A stretch of DNA of 64,000 bases from Dehalococcoidia bacterium (GTDB lineage Bacteria > Chloroflexota > Dehalococcoidia > DSTF01 > JALHUB01), in the NCBI GenBank assembly GCA_034420175.1, contig DAOULP010000114.1:4014-68013 (forward strand), in the 5' to 3' direction. The first letter of the stretch is position 1. Each line of letters opens with the position of its first letter. Of the stretch, positions 1-8,803 are shown in pieces. The position numbers were made by a program, and so were the translations under genes. Under the pieces are notes generated by a model. The model searched no databases and was not told the DNA's origin. It saw only the letters and a list, made by a program, of their open reading frames with translations.

Positions 1-692
1 AAGCGCGTGTCCAGCGTGCCCGACTCAGGATCACAGACAAACACCACCTGGAAGATAGGCCGGTGCGCCCGGCGCTCAAGCGTCTTGGTGTCTGTATACT
101 CCAGGCTGGTTTGCGCGTAGTCTTCCGGGAAGGCGAAGTAGTACAGTTTGGTCCCTCGACGGTACACGTCGACGATGCACTCGCGGCCCCGTCCCTCCTT
201 CAGCCGGAAGTATGAGCCGAGCGCGTCACCGAGCTCGGACCTGGCGTCCTCATCGTCTCGAGGTTTGGTCCCCAGAATTCCCTCTTGGCGACGAGCCCAG
301 TAGGTACGTGGAAGGCGGTCGGCCTCACAGAACCGGTATGCGACCTCCGCTACATCGTGATGCTCCAGGAAGATCCATAGGGCCTTGTCGTAGAGGCCCC
401 GCAGGCGTTCAAGGTCGTCCACCAAGTCAAGGTGGTGGTATTCGGCTTCATCAAGGATTGCCTGCATACCCTCTTCCTCTGCCAGCCCGCTGACAAGCTC
501 GAAGTCGCTGTTGACCGGTGCCGCTCGTTCCGGGGGCAGCGCCGACCACGCGTCGAAGATGGGCTGGACATCGGTCTCCGCAAGAGACTCGATATCGAGG
601 TCGCTCAGAAGGTCACGTTCGTGGAAGTAGTGGGCAAGCAGCTTGTTCGAGGCTAGACGCAGGAAGTCGCGGGGCGAGTAGTGTCGGGGCAT
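1..692 (-). CDS. Hypothetical protein, N-terminal 231 codons; the gene continues beyond the window edge
   Basis: ATG at 692 (reverse complement) opens a stop-free frame to position 1 (MPRHYSPRDFLRLASNKLLAHYFHERDLLSDLDIESL...YFAFPEDYAQTSLEYTDT...VFVCDPESG). Checked by manual translation of every 60-nt block. Composition is protein-like, but no motif was recognised. Confidence 0.45.
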   Translation of the reverse strand, partial: MPRHYSPRDFLRLASNKLLAHYFHERDLLSDLDIESLAETDVQPIFDAWSALPPERAAPVNSDFELVSGLAEEEGMQAILDEAEYHHLDLVDDLERLRGLYDKALWIFLEHHDVAEVAYRFCEADRLPRTYWARRQEGILGTKPRDDEDARSELGDALGSYFRLKEGRGRECIVDVYRRGTKLYYFAFPEDYAQTSLEYTDTKTLERRAHRPIFQVVFVCDPESGTLDTR

Positions 693-828
693 TCAATTGA
701 CCTCTTAGAGTAGACTCGGATGCCCCGCCACATCCTGTGCGGATTCTAGCACAAGTGCGCGGCTCCTATGATGTCTCGGTGACATAGCCCCGTTGCACTT
801 CTCCTGGCCCTCGCCGCACGCTGCTGCC

Positions 829-1146
829 ATGCCAGACCGACACCCCCTGACCCGTCCCGCCTTCGTCGAGGAGCTGCAGCAGAACGCTCCTCTCAGGTGG
901 CCTGCGATTTGGGGCTTGACCTGTGCCCACATCGAGGCGTGCCTTGAGGCCACGTACGCTGGGCTGGAGTACCTGCTGGCCATCCCAGAGATGCACCGAA
1001 CCCGGCTGAAGAGGGAGATGAGGCAGGTGCTGAGGGTGATAGTCGAGCAGGGTCCCGAGGGGTTGGCCCGATTGCACGAGCGCGGGTGCCGGGAATCGCC
1101 GGGAGCCGAACGACGGCGTTGCCGGGAGAGGCGACCGTCAGGCTAG
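829..1146 (+). CDS. Small hypothetical protein (~105 aa)
   Basis: ORF 793..1146; the internal Met gives MPDRHPLTRPAFVEELQQNAPLRWPAIWG... It is divergent from the left-edge gene. No motif, weak support. Confidence 0.2.
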   Translation: MPDRHPLTRPAFVEELQQNAPLRWPAIWGLTCAHIEACLEATYAGLEYLLAIPEMHRTRLKREMRQVLRVIVEQGPEGLARLHERGCRESPGAERRRCRERRPSG

Positions 1147-1202
1147 GTCGTCAGCGTTGCATTGGCGACTCCGGGCGCGTGCCCAGGCTCTGCCGAATTG
1201 CG

Positions 1203-2195
1203 TCATCTTTCCAGAGGCTCGAGATCAACCGACACGCCAGCAGCCTTCCAGGCCAGGGCTAAACCCTCGGCGTCCGTGGGAACGTCGAACACGGCGGCTG
1301 TGCAGCCAGTGAACCCGGCGCCTACCCATCCCTCGGGTGCGTCGCAGCCGACAGTATCGGCCGCGTCGCCGCTTATGCCGAAGTAGTCTCCTTCGTAGTC
1401 CGCTACCTCCCATTGGCGTTCTCGTTCGTCGGTGAGGACCAGCTCATCGTTGATCTGCGTGCTCGGCTGCATTCGCCGGTTGAGGTCGCTGGCAACCTCA
1501 TAGTAGACGACAATGAACTTCCCTCGAGCCCGTTGGGTGCCTTCGAATTCTGAGTCGATAGTCGATCGGGTCTCGACATCGGTGACCTGGAAGGAGATGG
1601 TACCGGAGAGAGAGTCCTCACCATACAGTTTGGGCAGGTCTTCAGCCTCCACCTCGAAGCTCTCGCCCACCGTGATGGTCGTCAGCTCCGAGATCTCCAC
1701 GGTCTCCTGATCCTCTTCAAAGAAGCCCCCGCTGTCCTCGCTTGGCGCGAAGCCTTCGCAGTCCGTGATGCGCCACTTGCCGTCCTCTCGTACCAGCGTC
1801 TCGGGCTCCTCCTCGCCCTCCGCCGCTTCGACCTCCTCGCCGTCCACCATGAGCACGCTTCGGAGCGTCACGACTGCTCGATCGCCTTCGTACTCTAGAA
1901 CGTCCACACCGGTGATCTCAATCTCCCAATCCTCGCCGATGAAGGCGCGGGCAAAGAGCATGGAGCCCATGAAGTCTTCCAGGCTGGTCTCCTCCCTACA
2001 GCCCTCGGAAAGAAACGTGTAGGCCTTCGCGATCTCATTCTGGCTCAGCGCCTCGGCGAAGGCTCGAACGTCACGCTCAATCTCAGTCTTTGCATCGGTG
2101 GTACCAAGGGGCCCGCCTTCCCCGTCTCCGCAGGCCGATGCCAGGGCCGCCAGCACGAGGAGCACCAGGCAGAAAACGAGCCTCATGTCAAACAC
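1203..2195 (-). CDS. Secreted acidic lipoprotein, function unknown
   Basis: N-terminus MRLVFCLVLLVLAALASACGDGEGG has a hydrophobic core plus a lipobox-like ASAC-G. The mature part is acidic and E/D-rich with no catalytic motif. Confidence 0.6.
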   Translation of the reverse strand: MFDMRLVFCLVLLVLAALASACGDGEGGPLGTTDAKTEIERDVRAFAEALSQNEIAKAYTFLSEGCREETSLEDFMGSMLFARAFIGEDWEIEITGVDVLEYEGDRAVVTLRSVLMVDGEEVEAAEGEEEPETLVREDGKWRITDCEGFAPSEDSGGFFEEDQETVEISELTTITVGESFEVEAEDLPKLYGEDSLSGTISFQVTDVETRSTIDSEFEGTQRARGKFIVVYYEVASDLNRRMQPSTQINDELVLTDERERQWEVADYEGDYFGISGDAADTVGCDAPEGWVGAGFTGCTAAVFDVPTDAEGLALAWKAAGVSVDLEPLER

Positions 2196-2365
2196 CTCCG
2201 TCGTTTACGATTCGACCTGCAGCATTATACTCGCTCCGCATGGTTCCGTGGACGTGTTCTGTTCCCTCGCGCTCTTGCTGCTGAAAGGTCAGGGAACAGG
2301 CCGGCCCTGGTAGAGGCAGCAGGTGGCCTCGCCTCATCAGCCTTCGCCGGTAGCCAAGGAAGGGA

Positions 2366-3364
2366 CTACACCCCTATCGCCTCCGCCACCTTGCCCCAGC
2401 CACGGTCCTCCTGCCCCTCCAGCCGCCTGAGGTACACCGTCGTCACCGCCAATGAGGAGTGGTCCAGGAAGCGGCTCACGTCCTCCACCGTCTCCCCCAC
2501 GTCCCGCCTGAGCTTGGCGGCGGCGTGGCGCAGGATGTGGACCCCGGCCGGGGGCAGTCCCGCCTTCTTGAGGTACCGCCTGAGGTTGCCGTAGAAGGTG
2601 CCGCTGGTGACGCCGCGGCCGTTGCGGGTGCTGGAGGGCCATAGGGACTCGTCCGGGCTCATGGTGGCCAGGTCCTTGCCGAAGGCGGCGAGCGTCGCCT
2701 GGATGGCCTCGAAGGCCGGGCGCGGGAGTTCCCGCTTCCCTTGCTTCCCGCCCTTGCCCCGGTAGGTGTAGAACAACCCACCTGTCTGAGAGATGTCGCC
2801 TGCCGTGAGGTTCAGGACCTCTGAGCGGCGCCGGCCGGTCAGGGTGAGGGTGAGGATGATGGCCCGGTCCCGCAGGCCGGTTGGCGTGTCCGGAACCACC
2901 TCCAGCAGCCGCCGGATCTCCTCGGCGCTGAGGCCTCGGGGCGGGCTGAGGGAGGTCTTGGGCCGCTCGATGGCGTCGCAGGGGTTGGCACCGATGATCT
3001 CCATCCGGATCAGGAAGCGGTAGAAGGAGGACAGGCAGGCCAGCCGGGCCCCGATGGTGACGGGGGAGGGCTCCTTGCCTGAGAGGCCCTTCCCGTAGGC
3101 CCAGGCGAAGACCTCCTGGCTGGTGACCTTGTCTGGGGGCTTGCCCAGGGAGCTGAAGAAGTGCTGGAGCATGCGGGAGTAGCCCTCGACGGTGCGTCGG
3201 GAGCCTGAGCGGCGCTCCTTCTCGGCGAGGAAGGCGTAGAGGGTGCGTTCCCAGGCATGGGCCGAATCGTCGTGGAATACAAGCTGGCCGTCCATCACCG
3301 TGCCTCCTTTGGCTGGGCTTGGGCACGCGCGGTCGCCCCGGTCGCTGGGTATCTCGATAGTCAT
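2366..3364 (-). CDS. Tyrosine site-specific recombinase/integrase (copy 1) with a replaced N-terminus
   Basis: C-terminal catalytic region HILRHAAAKLRRD...HSSLAVTTVYL fits the R...HxxR...Y signature. It is ~90% identical in nucleotides to the gene at 46087..47013 from codon ~38 onward. The first 37 codons (MTIEIPSDRGDRACPSPAKGGTVMDGQLVFHDDSAHA) are unrelated to copy 2. The start ATG overlaps the upstream gene's stop (ATGA). Confidence 0.85.
   Translation of the reverse strand: MTIEIPSDRGDRACPSPAKGGTVMDGQLVFHDDSAHAWERTLYAFLAEKERRSGSRRTVEGYSRMLQHFFSSLGKPPDKVTSQEVFAWAYGKGLSGKEPSPVTIGARLACLSSFYRFLIRMEIIGANPCDAIERPKTSLSPPRGLSAEEIRRLLEVVPDTPTGLRDRAIILTLTLTGRRRSEVLNLTAGDISQTGGLFYTYRGKGGKQGKRELPRPAFEAIQATLAAFGKDLATMSPDESLWPSSTRNGRGVTSGTFYGNLRRYLKKAGLPPAGVHILRHAAAKLRRDVGETVEDVSRFLDHSSLAVTTVYLRRLEGQEDRGWGKVAEAIGV
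3214..3254. repeat. 41-bp direct repeat (copy A) flanking the insertion in integrase 1; copy B at 4684..4724
   Basis: GCTCCTTCTCGGCGAGGAAGGCGTAGAGGGTGCGTTCCCAG occurs at 3214-3254 and at 4684-4724. Both copies align to integrase 2 (46935-46975). The flanks diverge in int1 downstream of 3254 and in the remnant upstream of 4684. Confidence 0.7.
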
Positions 3365-4683
3365 TGGGCCGACGGACCAGTAGCGACCGAGGGAGGCGAC
3401 CGCAACGTGGCTGGGGTCCCCTTCGCATCCCCGCGGCGCGTCACCAGCGTTCCCATGTTCATGTCCACAAGGAAGCGAGGTGAGCCCATCAACTCAGCAA
3501 AGGTCCCCATCTCAACGAGGGCTGGGAGGTACGTAGCTGCGATCGTCAAGTCGAGCGTCTCAGTAAGCCACCCTGGCGGCCGCTCATGATTCACAACGTG
3601 CCTAGCGTAACGAGCTAGACCGCTGACAAGCAGGTCGGCGGCCTGCACCAGCGGGCATTCCTCCGACTTCACCATCACTATCGATTCGACGCATTCGAAA
3701 GCGAACACCATTGTCCGACCGTTCGACAAACGCAGCTCGACGTTCGACTTGGCCCCCTTGTGGAGGTCAAACGCCCACTGATAGCCGCGAGAGAATTCCT
3801 GCGACTCATCATGATAGATGCGTACCGGCTGCATCCCGTAATGGCGCGACAGGGACTCCAGCAGAGACAGGAACGACGCGAGCACAGGGACGTTCACCGT
3901 CCCAAGGGCCCGGGAGGGAAGGCTTGCATTCACCGCTCGTTCGTCAACCGCCACCCTGTCTAGACTGGGTATCGATGCCCTGAACCAGGCCGCCAGACGT
4001 AGTTCGCCCTTCAGTTCGAAGACGGTGGTAAGTCTCAGCGCACAACGGGCCAGCCCTTCGGCATCCTGAGAGCGATAAGCTGCCGCGAATTCGTGGAGCA
4101 ACTCATCATGCATTTCGCTGATCTCGTTCGCCAGTTCCTGCTTCGTTTTCGCGTCGTTGTAGAAGTCCCAAGGAACGCGAGCGTTGTAGAAGGGGTCAAG
4201 GTACGTTTCGACGATCTTGCCAGCGATCCAGTACCTCTTCTCAGTAATGCTGAACACTGGCATCGCACCCGCTCTGCCCATCGCTCGCATGAAGTCAGTG
4301 AAGGCCGATTGGCCCTTCAGAGTTCGGACGACCTTCGTAGCATGGATCTCCTTGGCTCCCAGGCCCAGTCGTTCAGACAGCTTCCAGACGACCTGCTCAG
4401 CCCGCTGTACATACTGCCGAGGGACGAGCCACCCGCCCAATACGTACACGGGTTGGGATGCGTCAAGGAGATTGGGCCCGCTGTTGCCGGATTCATCGCA
4501 GTAGACATGGGCGGCACGGTCGAAACGCGGCGGCGCTACAGGCCGCGTTGTCCGCCGCTTCGTCCTCTTCCTCCTCTGCTGCTTCTTAGCCATGTTGCCA
4601 GCCTATACGCACGACGCAAGTAGTGCCAAGCTTGACGCGTCTGGAAGCGACTGGGGATGCTGCAGTTGTGACCCACCCGGCTG
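3255..4683. mobile_element. 1.47-kb insertion/replacement segment within the 5' end of integrase 1
   Basis: Bounded by the 41-bp direct repeats. Carries the DUF3800-like gene plus a new 37-codon integrase N-terminus. The original integrase N-terminus and promoter are displaced to 4684-4830. Confidence 0.45.
3361..4593 (-). CDS. DUF3800-like protein (410 aa) on the insert inside integrase 1
   Basis: After a basic N-terminus (MAKKQQRRKRTKRR) comes HVYCDESGNSGP, resembling the N-terminal D-E-S-G motif of DUF3800 proteins. The assignment is from memory, not an HMM. The gene lies entirely within the 1.47-kb segment bounded by the 41-bp direct repeats. Its stop overlaps the integrase start (ATGA). 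Confidence 0.5.
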   Translation of the reverse strand: MAKKQQRRKRTKRRTTRPVAPPRFDRAAHVYCDESGNSGPNLLDASQPVYVLGGWLVPRQYVQRAEQVVWKLSERLGLGAKEIHATKVVRTLKGQSAFTDFMRAMGRAGAMPVFSITEKRYWIAGKIVETYLDPFYNARVPWDFYNDAKTKQELANEISEMHDELLHEFAAAYRSQDAEGLARCALRLTTVFELKGELRLAAWFRASIPSLDRVAVDERAVNASLPSRALGTVNVPVLASFLSLLESLSRHYGMQPVRIYHDESQEFSRGYQWAFDLHKGAKSNVELRLSNGRTMVFAFECVESIVMVKSEECPLVQAADLLVSGLARYARHVVNHERPPGWLTETLDLTIAATYLPALVEMGTFAELMGSPRFLVDMNMGTLVTRRGDAKGTPATLRSPPSVATGPSAQ

Positions 4684-4760
4684 CTCCTTCTCGGCGAGGA
4701 AGGCGTAGAGGGTGCGTTCCCAGCCGGCGGCGTCTTGGAAGGGTGAGAGGGTAGTAGTCA
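4684..4760 (-). pseudogene. Displaced N-terminal remnant of the integrase (26 codons)
   Basis: Reverse complement reads MTTTLSPFQDAAGWERTLYAFLAEKE. This matches integrase 2's N-terminus (MATTIAPFQDAAGWERTLYAFLAEKE). Upstream homology stops at 4684. Confidence 0.65.
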
Positions 4761-4761
4761 T

Positions 4762-4830
4762 GACCGGTCTCCTCGCGCTAGAATCGTTGCGACCATATTG
4801 CGTTAGTGTGCGAGGAAGTCAAGTCGGGCT
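4762..4830. promoter_or_regulatory. Conserved integrase-upstream region (putative promoter/operator); second copy at 47015..47078
   Basis: CTCCTCGCGCTAGAATCGT..GACCATATTGCG.T.GTGTGCGAGGAAGTCAAG is nearly identical upstream of both integrase N-terminal segments. It contains a TAGAAT -10-like hexamer on the integrase coding strand's complement and a GAGGAG RBS for the integrase. Confidence 0.4.
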
Positions 4831-4869
4831 ACGAAGCCAGCTCGGAAGGACCTGCCGCTGGGGGACTCC

Positions 4870-5709
4870 ATGATTGACCTGCCCCTCGACCGTGCGCTTG
4901 AAGAAGACGAACTCAACGCAGCCGTGGCGGAGGCTCTCATCAATGATCGTTTGCATCCAGATGTCGATGTTCCGTTCCAGGTAGGCGAGTTTCTTCCGCG
5001 ACTCGGACGCCGTGAACCGGGTTTTCAGAGCGAGTTCTTTTCGGCGAATGGCGGACAAGAAGCCTTGGACCGGAGAGTTGCCGCGTATTGCTGGCGCCTC
5101 GTCGTGCTTGGATACCTTGTCCCGGAGAGGGCAGGATTCGCTGTCACGGAATCAGGGCGCCGATTCCTGGGGGAGTGCGCCGACGACGGACACATGGTCT
5201 TGACCTCAGACGGACTCGTCCGGCGTCTAGCCGAGCGCTGCCCAGGACTGGATCCGGTTACTTCACGCTATGCTGGCCTGGCCCATGAGTGCCTCCTTGC
5301 GGGCCACTACCATGCGTCTGTTGTGTTGTTGGGCGTTGCCTCAGAGGCAGCGCTCGAGCGACTCGCGACCAGCGCCGAAAGGGTGCTGTCCGGGACGGGG
5401 ATGAGGCTCCCTCGGCGCGGTGACAGCGCGGCGCTGACCCTTGATTGGTTGGAGCAGGTCTTTGGCACTCATCGCAAAGCGATCAAGAAGCTGCTTGACA
5501 CGGCCACAGTGGATTCGCGGTGGGTGGGCGATCTTCCTCGACTCCTCGGTACTGGGACTGCCATCAGGCTCACGAGGAATGAGGCCGGACATCCCAGTGA
5601 CACAGTGATACATCGTGATACCGCATTGGGGCTCTTTGTACTCTTCCCACGGATGGCGGAGGCAGCGTTTGCCACGGCCGCTGCTCTCGACGCGGTACCG
5701 TCAAGTTGA
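4870..5709 (+). CDS. Hypothetical protein (279 aa) with a C-terminal R-N-x3-H (HEPN-like) motif
   Basis: ATG at 4870. ...AIRLTRNEAGHPSDTVIHRD contains R-N-E-A-G-H, the Rx4H spacing of HEPN RNase motifs. The motif is short and the assignment tentative. Same strand, 250 bp upstream of the DGQHR gene. A competing minus-strand ORF (4819..5058) overlaps the 5' end. Confidence 0.45.
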   Translation: MIDLPLDRALEEDELNAAVAEALINDRLHPDVDVPFQVGEFLPRLGRREPGFQSEFFSANGGQEALDRRVAAYCWRLVVLGYLVPERAGFAVTESGRRFLGECADDGHMVLTSDGLVRRLAERCPGLDPVTSRYAGLAHECLLAGHYHASVVLLGVASEAALERLATSAERVLSGTGMRLPRRGDSAALTLDWLEQVFGTHRKAIKKLLDTATVDSRWVGDLPRLLGTGTAIRLTRNEAGHPSDTVIHRDTALGLFVLFPRMAEAAFATAAALDAVPSS

Positions 5710-5960
5710 CTTCGCATCTGCACGTGATGAACCTCACGGTGGAGCGGTCGGTTGTCCATCACCATGACCTGATAGTATGCCATGGAGGAACGCGAGCATC
5801 GAGCCCGCAACTTCCATCATCTGGTGCGTGGGATCGACCCGCGGTGCGGGCGACCTCTCGGCTTGCCCACATCACAGTTGTCAGCGGTGCTCATACACTA
5901 GGACGCACCGCGGCTGTATAATGCCACCAGGGTTGTGCCGTTGGAGTAGGTGCAGACGCG

Positions 5961-7478
5961 ATGAAAAGGATTCAGGCCATCCGAGTAGCGCAGTGGCTCG
6001 AGCTATGGGACAAGTTCGAGTATCGGGTAGAAGCTCGGCAGCGGAAGCCAGACCCCTATTTCTACGTGGCGTCCTTTCCGGCCGTTCTGTTGAGAAGGCT
6101 TTCTGGGGTACGGCGCCGCGTTGCCAAGGGACCACGAGCGGAAGATATCGGGATTCAGCGAGGGCACGACGTCGAACGTTCCGATGCCATCGGACGCTTT
6201 GTTCGTGCAGGATACCCGTGGGCTACCCTCAATACCGCGCAGCAGGAGCGATTCCCGGAACTCCAGAAGCCTGGCTGGCTCCCAACCGCAATCGTCGCGA
6301 ATCTGGTCAGCGATTCAACCGAGCGAAGCGGCCAGAGGCCAGATCCCCGCGATCTGATCCAGCTCGAGACGGAAGACGACGGAACGGCGGAGCTCATTCT
6401 TCCTGGAGGCGCCAAGTCGCCCAGATGGAAGCCGAAGGGGAAGATCCACCCAATCGAGATCATCGACGGCCAGCACCGGCTCTACGCCTTCGAGGAACAG
6501 GAGCCGTTGAAAGGGGACTTCGAACTGCCGGTAGTTCTCTTTTGCGACCTCGATATCAGCTGGCAGGCCTACTTGTTCTGGACGATCAACATCACCCCCA
6601 AGCGAATCAGCCCCTCACTAGCCTACGACCTCTACCCGCTGTTGCGCACTGAGGACTGGTTGCAGCAGGTGGAAGGCCCCATGGCCTATAGAGAGACCCG
6701 GGCGCAGGAGCTAACAGAGGCACTCTGGGGACATCCGGAAAGCCCTTGGCAAGGCCGGATCGGAATGCTTGGTCGGGAGCGAGGAAAGGTGACGCAGGCG
6801 GCCTTCGTTAGATCGCTCACCTTGAGCTTCGTTCGTGGCTGGGAGGGAGCCGGCAGGCGCACGGGTGGTCTGTTCGGCACAGCCCTCTCGAAGGATCAGA
6901 CAGATGTGCTGCCGTGGAGTCGTCCGCAGCAGGCGGCCTACCTCATCTTCCTGTGGTCGAAGCTGGAGGAAGCGATTCGGGAATCCAGGGATGAGTGGGT
7001 GACATATCTTCGCGAGAAGACACCTGTCGATGGAAATGTGCCCGACAGCGACCCCGCGTTTACTGGAAGGTTTGCCCTGCTGGCGACCGACCAGGGAGTG
7101 AGAGGCTTCCTGCAAGTCTGCAATGACATCTCCTACGTCATGAGGGACGAGGCGAACTTCCGTGCCTGGAGACGGGATCCCAAGAAGGATGCTGTGGACT
7201 ACGGGGAGGTGTCGGCTGCCCTTCGCGAACTCCGAACAAAGGAGACAAGGATCTCTAGGTTCGTCAGTCGCCTCACCAGTGAAATGGCGAGCTTCGACTG
7301 GCGATCAGCTGCGACCCCAGACTTGCCAGAACAGGTCTTCCACAAGCAGGCGATCTACCGAGGCGGGCCCGGCTACAAGGAAGTCCGCAGGCAGCTTCTT
7401 CATCACCTCGCTCGTGGCAGCGTCGGAGACCTCGCCTCGAGCGCTCGGAAGGTCATCCAGGCGATGGGTTACGAATAG
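5961..7478 (+). CDS. DGQHR-domain protein (DndB/DpdB/SspB-like, ParB-nuclease superfamily)
   Basis: Literal motif ...IHPIEIIDGQHRLYAFEE... A GGAGTAGG RBS precedes the ATG. 505 aa. The next gene starts 4 nt after the stop. Confidence 0.85.
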   Translation: MKRIQAIRVAQWLELWDKFEYRVEARQRKPDPYFYVASFPAVLLRRLSGVRRRVAKGPRAEDIGIQRGHDVERSDAIGRFVRAGYPWATLNTAQQERFPELQKPGWLPTAIVANLVSDSTERSGQRPDPRDLIQLETEDDGTAELILPGGAKSPRWKPKGKIHPIEIIDGQHRLYAFEEQEPLKGDFELPVVLFCDLDISWQAYLFWTINITPKRISPSLAYDLYPLLRTEDWLQQVEGPMAYRETRAQELTEALWGHPESPWQGRIGMLGRERGKVTQAAFVRSLTLSFVRGWEGAGRRTGGLFGTALSKDQTDVLPWSRPQQAAYLIFLWSKLEEAIRESRDEWVTYLREKTPVDGNVPDSDPAFTGRFALLATDQGVRGFLQVCNDISYVMRDEANFRAWRRDPKKDAVDYGEVSAALRELRTKETRISRFVSRLTSEMASFDWRSAATPDLPEQVFHKQAIYRGGPGYKEVRRQLLHHLARGSVGDLASSARKVIQAMGYE

Positions 7479-7481
7479 TCG

Positions 7482-8792
7482 ATGCCAGTGGGCTCGTTGC
7501 CTCCACGGGCGGTTGTCCTGGCTCAAGCCGGCTCGCGAGCTTGTGTAGCTGACACGCTCAGAAGAACACGTCAGCGTCTTCGTCGCTGGAACAGGTTCCT
7601 CAACAAGAAGCATCCATATCGCCGCGACGTGGTGGACGCCCTGAAACACCTTCCAATCGACGCCGGCAGACTCTGCGAATACATCGCCTGCTCAGGTCCC
7701 TTGCATCTACTTGATGGCTGGGGCTACCTGTCGCGGGCGTTCGACAGCGTCGCCCACGGCGACCGCGCTGCAGCCATACACCTCGCCTACTACGCTGAGT
7801 TGCGAGCCGCCGTGTCATTGCTCGCTTCCGAAGGCATGGGGGTGTTCAATACGCGCCACGTCGCGGTTGACGCAAACAGCAACGCTATGGACTGGGCGGG
7901 GAGGCCAACACACAAGGCTGCCTGGGAGCTTCTGACTGCCTGGGCAGACGAAAAGGGTCGCGCCGAAACAATTCTGTCAGCCATCCGGGTGGAGTCACGA
8001 AGCCTTGTCGACTGGCTGATGGTGGCCAATGTCTCGGCAAACGTTAGCTCTACCGTCGCCAGTGACTGGCTCAGCGCCTGGAGTGTCGATCTCCAGGATT
8101 TTACCGAGGATCTTTCCCTTCGCAACGAGATGAGCTACCGTCCCAGCCGCATTCGGGCGCCAGAGCCGCCTCCCGTCAACGTGGAGGAGGAGATCCTGGA
8201 CCCCATTTTCAGAACGTGGGAGGCGCTCGAGCCATCATCCGACAAGAGTGGTATTTCCTTAGACGCAATGTTGTTGCGGCGTGCGATGGAGCACGTCTTC
8301 AAGCGCGGGTGGGCCTATGCGGCAGTCTGGGAGGACTTTGCTGGTCGGTTGGAAGGCACAGCATCGGGGGGACTACTGGAGTACTTGCTCGAAGACGAAC
8401 CGTCTGGTGCATACGTGTTCGACGCTGCGGCAGATCGCGCAACTCCGACTCGAAGGGCAGGGGCGATTCTGGCTCGTGCCATGCTGTTGCTGCGCCTCGC
8501 ATCCGCGAGCAACGCGCATCTCCTATGGACCGCCGGCGTATCGAAGGACGACCTAGCCTTTTGGTGGGAAGCGCATGGGAGGGACAGTGGACTATGGGGC
8601 GACCCCTCGGAGATCGACGATTTCGCCGACCTGTGGGCCAATGTCCGGCGAGACTTGGATGAGATCACAGATATCCTGAGCGAGGGGTCTGGGCCGAGAA
8701 CCGTCCACGAGATCTCCGCAACGATTGGTGGCCTCGCTGCCCTCACCGAGTTCACACGTGCCCCTCTCTGGCTCCTTGGGCTGGAATCGTAG
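7482..8792 (+). CDS. Hypothetical protein (436 aa), operonic partner of the DGQHR protein and the MTase
   Basis: Tightly packed: 4 nt after the DGQHR stop and 11 nt before the MTase start. No recognisable motif and no P-loop. Confidence 0.65.
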   Translation: MPVGSLPPRAVVLAQAGSRACVADTLRRTRQRLRRWNRFLNKKHPYRRDVVDALKHLPIDAGRLCEYIACSGPLHLLDGWGYLSRAFDSVAHGDRAAAIHLAYYAELRAAVSLLASEGMGVFNTRHVAVDANSNAMDWAGRPTHKAAWELLTAWADEKGRAETILSAIRVESRSLVDWLMVANVSANVSSTVASDWLSAWSVDLQDFTEDLSLRNEMSYRPSRIRAPEPPPVNVEEEILDPIFRTWEALEPSSDKSGISLDAMLLRRAMEHVFKRGWAYAAVWEDFAGRLEGTASGGLLEYLLEDEPSGAYVFDAAADRATPTRRAGAILARAMLLLRLASASNAHLLWTAGVSKDDLAFWWEAHGRDSGLWGDPSEIDDFADLWANVRRDLDEITDILSEGSGPRTVHEISATIGGLAALTEFTRAPLWLLGLES

Positions 8793-8803
8793 GGCGAAGA
8801 GGC

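Noticed and set aside
2337-3428. 363-aa P/R/G-rich ORF on the minus strand overlapping integrase 1
   Set aside because: It is an alternate frame of a well-supported integrase gene. Low-complexity P/R/G composition is typical of off-frame translation in high-GC DNA.
4819-5058. 79-aa minus-strand ORF overlapping the start of 4870..5709
   Set aside because: It is protein-like but runs into the integrase-remnant promoter region. The co-oriented 279-aa ORF fits the operon better. It is retained only as an uncertainty on the 5' end of that gene.
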